From NCBI GenBank assembly GCA_017519405.1, contig JAFWSH010000006.1:9284-73283 (forward strand): a DNA stretch of 64,000 nt, read 5' to 3'. A program made the translations under genes and the position numbers. A model generated the notes under the pieces. The model had not been told where the DNA came from and did not search any database. It was given only the letters and a program-made list of their open reading frames with translations. The stretch comes from Clostridia bacterium. Lineage in GTDB: Bacteria; Bacillota; Clostridia; Christensenellales; Aristaeellaceae. Shown here piece by piece: positions 35,598 to 40,540 of the stretch (within the stretch, counting starts at the first letter, position 1; each line of letters begins with the position of its first letter).

Positions 35598-35643
35598 TCA
35601 AGTACTTTTACGCTGTTTTTTTCAGGAAATTTAAAAAAAACCT

Positions 35644-35814
35644 TTACGATGTTGGTTCACAAAGAGAATTTGAGCGAATCAGCTTCAAAACCTTGTCGTT
35701 CATGGTCGCTTTGCCCTTCTCCGCAAAGCGAAAGATGACCTTGTAGATCGTCTTGCCATATCTGATGGTCATTGCTGTTTTCAGCTCAGTCACTTCTTTC
35801 TTTTCCTTGTCCAT
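35644..35814 (-). CDS. tnpW: TnpW-like small protein (56 aa; below ORF-track cut-off)
   Basis: GAGGTG 7 nt before ATG 35814. MDKEKKEVTELKTAMTIRYGKTIYKVIFRFAEKGKATMNDKVLKLIRSNSLCEPTS resembles the transposon-encoded TnpW family (..IG.TTY.V...F.......T..DK(I/V)L.LI). It is the last gene before the element end, as in Tn4451. Confidence 0.6.
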   Translation of the reverse strand: MDKEKKEVTELKTAMTIRYGKTIYKVIFRFAEKGKATMNDKVLKLIRSNSLCEPTS

Positions 35815-35874
35815 TGGAATCACCTCTTTGTCTTACTCCCCGGCAGAGCCTTTCACAGCCCAGCCGGGGAGATT

Positions 35875-37515
35875 TTATTGTCGCTCCTGATCGTACTTTT
35901 TCTCCAGCACGGGGCTTTTCGCCACAGGCTGCTGCTCATCATCTTCCTGCGTCACCGCATCAATGGCAGCATTCATAACCTGTTCCAGCTCACGCCGGTT
36001 TTCCCGTACTTCCATCTGCTCTGAAAAGTCTTCCCGCTCCGGCAGCGCATCCGGGATCGCCTTGCGCGTCCAGTAGCGGAGCTTGCTCAGCTGATCCAGC
36101 TCTGCATGAATCTGTCCCAATTTGGGACGAAGTGATTCGTTCTGTTCTGTCAGCTCTTGCCGCTGTGCTTTCAGCTTCTTCACGCCGGCCTTGTCCAGGG
36201 GAAGGGAAACACCCAGCTTCTTCGAGAGTTTCTCGCGAAGGTAGGTTGCCTTGCGGAGCCGCTTCAGTTCATCGGCGTGTTCGGCCTGGAAGGCTTCGCG
36301 CCGGCCTTTGAAATGAATCCTGTCCAACTGATCCTGGAGAGGAGCAAGCTCTCTGTAATCCTCGATCGCTGTAAAGAAGTCATCGATATCACGAATCACT
36401 TGATTGTTGCTGCGGACATCGCCCTGCATCAGTTCAAGCTGAACCCTGGTGTTGGACAGTCGAAGCGCCAGATCTTCCACTGTAGTAATGCCGGTCTCTT
36501 TCATCAGAATGATCATCTTGGACATATCCTGCAGATCTCTGATGCCAGCCTTTTCACGTGCGTATTTACCCCAGCTCTCCCGGCCTGCTTCGCGCATGGC
36601 CCGGTAGCTGAGGATCACATCGGTCAGGGAATGAGTCTGCGGATTCTCCAGCACTTCCTGGTGGTGGATTGCTGCCATCAGTTCCGCGATCTTATCGCCC
36701 AGCTTCTTCGCTGCCCGTTTCAGAGAACCGAGAAGTCGATTGATGCTGAGAATCTCACGATTCTTTTCGCCCATCTCCGTGACGGTGCCTTTCCGCTCCA
36801 TGGCGGCTGCGGCGGGGCCGAGATGCCGTTGAGGCAGACGGTCTTCAATGCCTTGTCGCTCCAAAGAGCGCATGTCGATTCGCTCCGGCCTGCCAGCAGC
36901 TTCAAGGGCAGCGTTCTGCATCACTTCCCAGTCATGTCGCCAGATCTCGGCGTACTTGTGATCGTTCCAGTCTACAGTGTTGACGTTGCGGCGTTTCCAT
37001 TTCCCATTCTTGCCCTTGACACGGTTGCCTCGTTCATCCAGCACGTATTCCGTCCGGGTCTTATCGAGCCACTTGCCATGCTCGTCCATAGCCCGGAGAG
37101 TCAGCAGAAGATGAACATGGGGGTTGCCGTCGCCTTCGTCGTGATAGTACAGATCACAGATCATGCCTTTGCTGACAAACTCCTGCTGGCAGTAGTCCCG
37201 AATCAGCGCCAGGTTCTGCTCATACGTCAGTTCCTTCGGGAGAACAATGAGCATCCGTCGGGCCGTCTGAGCATCCTTTCTTTTCTCAGCGGCATCCACC
37301 GCATTCCAGAGTGCCTGGCTGTCAGCGTATTCCCGGGGAGCGTTGTCTGGCAGCATGACTTCCCGATAAACGACACGCTCCGGGCTGCTGTGTGGATGCT
37401 TCCATTCATGATCGCGCTCGGAGTACATTTTCTCTCCGGCGTTATAAGCTGCAGTAGCCATGACGGACTGATCTTTGCGGCCTATATACGATATGGAAAA
37501 CGTGGGACAGGGAAT
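35875..37515 (-). CDS. MobQ-type (MobA/MobL family) relaxase; first ATG at 37461 but homology starts upstream, probable ATT start at 37515
   Basis: AAYNAGEKMY (catalytic Tyr region), HDEGDGNPHVHLLLT (HxDx..NPHxH motif), long coiled-coil C-terminus. In-frame codons upstream of the ATG encode IPCPTFSISYIGRKDQSV, matching the family N-terminal strand. GGAGGTG 10 nt upstream of ATT 37513-37515. Confidence 0.8.
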   Translation of the reverse strand: MPCPTFSISYIGRKDQSVMATAAYNAGEKMYSERDHEWKHPHSSPERVVYREVMLPDNAPREYADSQALWNAVDAAEKRKDAQTARRMLIVLPKELTYEQNLALIRDYCQQEFVSKGMICDLYYHDEGDGNPHVHLLLTLRAMDEHGKWLDKTRTEYVLDERGNRVKGKNGKWKRRNVNTVDWNDHKYAEIWRHDWEVMQNAALEAAGRPERIDMRSLERQGIEDRLPQRHLGPAAAAMERKGTVTEMGEKNREILSINRLLGSLKRAAKKLGDKIAELMAAIHHQEVLENPQTHSLTDVILSYRAMREAGRESWGKYAREKAGIRDLQDMSKMIILMKETGITTVEDLALRLSNTRVQLELMQGDVRSNNQVIRDIDDFFTAIEDYRELAPLQDQLDRIHFKGRREAFQAEHADELKRLRKATYLREKLSKKLGVSLPLDKAGVKKLKAQRQELTEQNESLRPKLGQIHAELDQLSKLRYWTRKAIPDALPEREDFSEQMEVRENRRELEQVMNAAIDAVTQEDDEQQPVAKSPVLEKKYDQERQ

Positions 37516-37650
37516 TTCGTTCTCACCTCCGTTTCTCAGCGCTATGCGCTGTAAAGGGGTAGCTGACGCCAGTCAGCGCAGGGGCTTGCCCCTGTGATGC
37601 CACAAAGGCAGCGCCGACTGGCATCGAGCTCCCCGCAGGGGCCCTCGGAG

Positions 37651-37700
37651 AGCGCACTGTGTTCCGAAGGAACACATAAGTGCGCCCTCAACAAGTTGAG
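37651..37700 (+). promoter_or_regulatory. oriT of the nested transposon (MobQ / RSF1010-pIP501 type nick region)
   Basis: Inverted repeat GTGTTCC (37659-37665) / GGAACAC (37669-37675), followed immediately by A-TAAGTGCGCCCT (37677-37688), the conserved MobQ nic-region core. Further hairpins lie upstream (GCTGAC..GTCAGC, CAGGGG..CCCCTG) and downstream (CCCTCAAC..GTTGAGGG). Located just upstream of the MobQ relaxase gene. Confidence 0.75.
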
Positions 37701-37703
37701 GGA

Positions 37704-38069
37704 TCAGCTTGTTGCCGAAAACCGTTCCTCCGTCCGGGTGGCCTGCGGGGCGGTCTGCGGCGTGGTCCGGGCATTCTCAAACAGCTGCTCCATGGTGATC
37801 CTGTTCTCGCCGGAGCGGATTTCCCGCATCTGGGTCAGCAGCTTCTGAATGCCGGAGAAGCTGAACACATGGTTCAGGAAAAGCTTGATGTCTTCGTCGG
37901 TGAAGACTTCAGCCTTGTCGCCCAGGTGCATGGTCAGTTCGCCGCCACGCTGATAGATACTGTGGTTGCGATCCTTCCGTGCCTGAACTTTGATCTTTTG
38001 ATCCAGTTCTGCCTTTTGTGCCTCAATGCGCTGCATCGAAGCTTTCAGCTTATCCAACTGTTTGCTCAT
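37704..38069 (-). CDS. DUF3847 domain protein (usual partner of MobA/MobL relaxases in Firmicute elements)
   Basis: MSKQLDKLKASMQRIEAQKAELDQKIKVQARKDRNHSIYQRGGELTMHLG...FLNHVF is the typical DUF3847 coiled-coil plus C-terminal segment. Confidence 0.7.
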   Translation of the reverse strand: MSKQLDKLKASMQRIEAQKAELDQKIKVQARKDRNHSIYQRGGELTMHLGDKAEVFTDEDIKLFLNHVFSFSGIQKLLTQMREIRSGENRITMEQLFENARTTPQTAPQATRTEERFSATS

Positions 38070-38164
38070 CGGAATCCTCCTTCCTCATTGATACTTTTGC
38101 TGGCCAGCAAAGGAAAAGGCACCGGCTGTTTTGATCAGTCGATGCCCTCTGCTTTGATGGCCGT

Positions 38165-38464
38165 TCAAGTGTTGGTTCTGATGCCGAGTCCTGCTGCTTT
38201 CGCTTTCTCGCTGGCCGCACTCCGTTTTTCCTCGCTCATGGGCGGGAGAAGCCGGATGGACACACGATCCTTCTGAATCTCGTACTCGGCATAGTCCGGA
38301 TACTTCTGCTTGTCAACGCGCCGGCACACTTCCGGGTATCGGGTGGCAAACTCCCGCAGGCGTCTGCGCAGGCCAGGGTCGTATGTGCAGATGGTTACGG
38401 GATCGCGGCTCTGGTTGTAGAGCAGGACGGTCTCTTTTTCGTGCTTGGTGAGACGATAGGACAT
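38165..38464 (-). CDS. Hypothetical 99-aa protein of the transposon backbone
   Basis: GGAGG 7 nt before ATG 38464. MSYRLTKHEKETVLLYNQSRDPVTICTYDPGLRRRLREFATRYPEVCRRV... Family not recognised. Confidence 0.6.
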   Translation of the reverse strand: MSYRLTKHEKETVLLYNQSRDPVTICTYDPGLRRRLREFATRYPEVCRRVDKQKYPDYAEYEIQKDRVSIRLLPPMSEEKRSAASEKAKAAGLGIRTNT

Positions 38465-38525
38465 GGGAACCTCCTATTTCGATAACTTGTTTCATTTGGC
38501 TGAAATCTCGCCAAACTAATTGCAC

Positions 38526-38716
38526 CTATTCGTTCTATTCGTTAATTGCCAAAAAGCCCTTGATACATAAGGGATTTGAGCTACTTTGAAATGCAGTTCC
38601 TTCCAGAATCGCATTTTCCACCATTATCAATATATAGGCATCAATTTAATGGCGCATACTATATGTTGTATTAAACGCCCTTGAGGAAGAAAAACAATAA
38701 CGTCGAATAGAACGAA
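38526..38716. repeat. 9-mer repeats CTATTCGTT: two tandem direct copies plus an inverted 13-nt copy 160 bp away, bracketing the AT-rich divergent control region
   Basis: CTATTCGTT at 38526-38534 and 38535-38543. CGAATAGAACGAA at 38704-38716 is the exact reverse complement of TTCGTTCTATTCG at 38529-38541. The inverted copy ends 17 nt before the -35 box. Confidence 0.7.
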
Positions 38717-38732
38717 AGCAAAAAATACATTA

Positions 38733-38761
38733 TTGACAATGTTATAGTTTACATGTATACT
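38733..38761 (+). promoter_or_regulatory. Near-consensus sigma-70/sigma-A promoter of the peptide-rSAM-UvrA operon
   Basis: TTGACA (38733-38738), 17-nt spacer, TATACT (38756-38761). 30 nt upstream of ATG 38792. Lies in the AT-rich intergenic region. Confidence 0.7.
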
Positions 38762-38791
38762 GGCATCAACCTATAGAAGGAGGTGCAGTAC

Positions 38792-38974
38792 ATGGTCTCT
38801 TATTCTGGAGATGCGTACAATGCGCTTTACGGCAACATTACCCCCACAATGATGGCTGGTCCCCGCGAGAAGTGCATGTCTCAGTGCACTGGCTGTAAGT
38901 GCAGCTGCAGCTCTAAGTGCAAGTACACTGACAATCGCCCTGAGGTTACGGACGAAGAATGGGAGGTTCTGTAA
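38792..38974 (+). CDS. Cys-rich precursor-like peptide A (60 aa, 6 Cys)
   Basis: GAAGGAGG with 8-nt spacing to ATG 38792. MVSYSGDAYNALYGNITPTMMAGPREK-CMSQCTGCKCSCSSKCK-YTDNRPEVTDEEWEVL. Layout is leader / Cys core / acidic tail. Homologous to peptide B. Confidence 0.75.
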   Translation: MVSYSGDAYNALYGNITPTMMAGPREKCMSQCTGCKCSCSSKCKYTDNRPEVTDEEWEVL

Positions 38975-38975
38975 C

Positions 38976-39140
38976 ATGAGTGCAACCACGAACGAGTATG
39001 CCCAGATGTTCGGCAACATCTCTGATATGAGCAACATCTCCATGGCAAAGTGCGCCTGTGTGAAGTGCAACTCCTGCACTTGCGCCTGCTCCTGCTCCAG
39101 GTGCAAGCGGGCTCCTGAGAAGGAGGATATCGAATGGTAA
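38976..39140 (+). CDS. Cys-rich precursor-like peptide B (54 aa, 8 Cys; below ORF-track cut-off)
   Basis: GGGAGG (38961-38966) 9 nt before ATG 38976, 1 nt after the stop of peptide A. MSATTNEYAQMFGNISDMSNISMAK-CACVKCNSCTCACSCSRCK-RAPEKEDIEW. Its TAA (39138-39140) overlaps the rSAM ATG (ATGGTAA). Confidence 0.75.
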   Translation: MSATTNEYAQMFGNISDMSNISMAKCACVKCNSCTCACSCSRCKRAPEKEDIEW

Positions 39141-40540
39141 AGCTTTCTCGCTTTGCACATGAGTATGACCTCGGTGATGCGATAGCCCTTTATCACTCGC
39201 TGAGGATGAAACCTGTGTATTTGACGAGAAAGGCTTATGAGGACTTGCAGGTGTGGCTTGCAAGTCCTCTTTGCTCTACACCCGAAAATGCACCGGAGAA
39301 TCTGACCAACGAAGTCGCTGAACTGATAAAATGCAAGGTGCTTACCAAAACGGATGATGAAGATGATAAGGTGCTCAGGTTTATCCGCTCCAGAGCACCT
39401 GTCCCCGCTATTAGTGTCTGCTACATGATTCTAAGTGAGCAGTGCAATCTGGCCTGCAAATACTGCTTCCTCGGAAACAACGATGAAGAAAAACGGCGGC
39501 AGTTCTTGCTTGAGGATATGAGTGCTGAGACAGCAGATCAGGCAATTGATTTTTTCATCAGGCAGATGAAACTTTCTGATCTGGATTTTGAAGACGCAAA
39601 TCCGGTCGTGATTTTCTATGGCGGCGAGCCAATGGTCAATTTTCCGGTACTTGTTCACATTGCTGAAAGACTCAATGCACTCAGGAGTGTTGAGAAGTGC
39701 GTTAAGAATGTCGAGATGTCCATGGTCACGAACGGATTATTGCTGACTGAAGAACGCATTCTGAAGCTCAAGGAGCTCGGCGTCTCAATTGCTATCTCTT
39801 GCGATGGTTTTACCGATGCCGCGAACAATATGCGTGTTGATCTCGGTGGAAACCCCGTCTTTGCCCGTGTGCTTAAGACTCTAGACCTTTGCAAACGCTT
39901 GGGCGTAGACGTCGCACTCTCTGTGACACTGAGTGAGGAAACAATCAAAGACACCGTGAATATTCTGAATCTTGTAGACAATTACGGTGTCAAGTCCTTT
40001 GGGTTTAACATCTTGATGTCGAGTGATACATTCGTTCTTCCGGAAAGCTACAATGAAGCAGCAGCTCAATTCATCATTGATGAGTTTGTAGAGCTTCGGA
40101 AAAAAGGCATATACGAAGACCGTATGATGCGGAAACTCGACTCTTTCTCCAAGGCGCAGGTCTATTATTCTGACTGTGCCGCAACAGCGGGCGGACAGAT
40201 CGTTGTGGCACCTAACGGCCAGGTCGGCATCTGTCATGGATGCCTGTACGATAAAAAATACTTTGTCACTTCGATTTACGATCAATCATTTGATGCCACA
40301 AAGGATCCAACGTTTATCGAGTGGTCGCAGCTTACACCGCTGAACAAAGATTGTTGTCTCGACTGCCCGGCCCTTGGAATCTGCGGCGGAGGCTGCCCGA
40401 TCAATGCGATGCACCTAAAGCCCGGCAACACGATTCATTCCGTTGACGAGCGATTCTGCGTGCATGCCAAGAAGACGCTGGATTTCTTCATCCGTGATCT
40501 ATATCGCATCATATGCGAAAGCAGGGGTAAAAATGGCTGA
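39134..40540 (+). CDS. Radical SAM / SPASM-domain peptide-modifying enzyme with N-terminal RRE-like extension
   Basis: GAGAAGGAGGA SD. CNLACKYC (CX3CX2C). C-terminal full SPASM pattern: C-X18-C with GX4C (CAATAGGQIVVAPNGQVGIC), then CLDCPALGICGGGC (CX2CX5CX3C). About 100 aa N-terminal to the rSAM core, where RiPP-recognition elements normally sit. Confidence 0.9.
   Translation: MVKLSRFAHEYDLGDAIALYHSLRMKPVYLTRKAYEDLQVWLASPLCSTPENAPENLTNEVAELIKCKVLTKTDDEDDKVLRFIRSRAPVPAISVCYMILSEQCNLACKYCFLGNNDEEKRRQFLLEDMSAETADQAIDFFIRQMKLSDLDFEDANPVVIFYGGEPMVNFPVLVHIAERLNALRSVEKCVKNVEMSMVTNGLLLTEERILKLKELGVSIAISCDGFTDAANNMRVDLGGNPVFARVLKTLDLCKRLGVDVALSVTLSEETIKDTVNILNLVDNYGVKSFGFNILMSSDTFVLPESYNEAAAQFIIDEFVELRKKGIYEDRMMRKLDSFSKAQVYYSDCAATAGGQIVVAPNGQVGICHGCLYDKKYFVTSIYDQSFDATKDPTFIEWSQLTPLNKDCCLDCPALGICGGGCPINAMHLKPGNTIHSVDERFCVHAKKTLDFFIRDLYRIICESRGKNG

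Noticed and set aside
35589-35599. An 11-nt quasi-repeat CCCTTnGGGTC (35589-35599 and 53356-53366, 10/11 identical) as the recombination core
   Set aside because: This register is offset by 1 nt from the reading-frame register. Recombination in it would leave the restored T4CP gene frameshifted (…TDPKGP-stop). The in-frame 9-mer register (35589-35597 / 53355-53363, 7/9) is therefore preferred.
35605-35642. T7 ... A8 tract (GTTTTTTTCAGGAAATTTAAAAAAAACC) at the transposon left end as a terminator or recombinase site
   Set aside because: The pairing is A/T-only, which is very weak, with no adjacent GC stem. It may simply be AT-rich end sequence, and nothing supports a specific function.
38792-39140. 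Assigning the peptides to the SCIFF (six-Cys-in-forty-five) family and the enzyme to the SCIFF maturase
   Set aside because: Peptide A does have six Cys and the enzyme is of the same general rSAM-SPASM type. However, the leader (…Y..(L/M)(Y/F)GNI(T/S)…), the CxC-dense spacing, the 8-Cys paralog and the acidic Trp-containing follower do not match the SCIFF precursor as I remember it. I cannot confirm or exclude the assignment without HMMs, so the call is left generic.
38771-39263. Minus-strand ORFs (141 aa and 105 aa) overlapping the two Cys-rich peptide genes and the start of the rSAM gene
   Set aside because: They are antisense to ORFs that have strong SDs, a promoter, paralogous sequence conservation and coupling to the rSAM gene. 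The antisense products are Ala/Leu/His-rich because they mirror TGC/GCA-rich cores. No SD is present.
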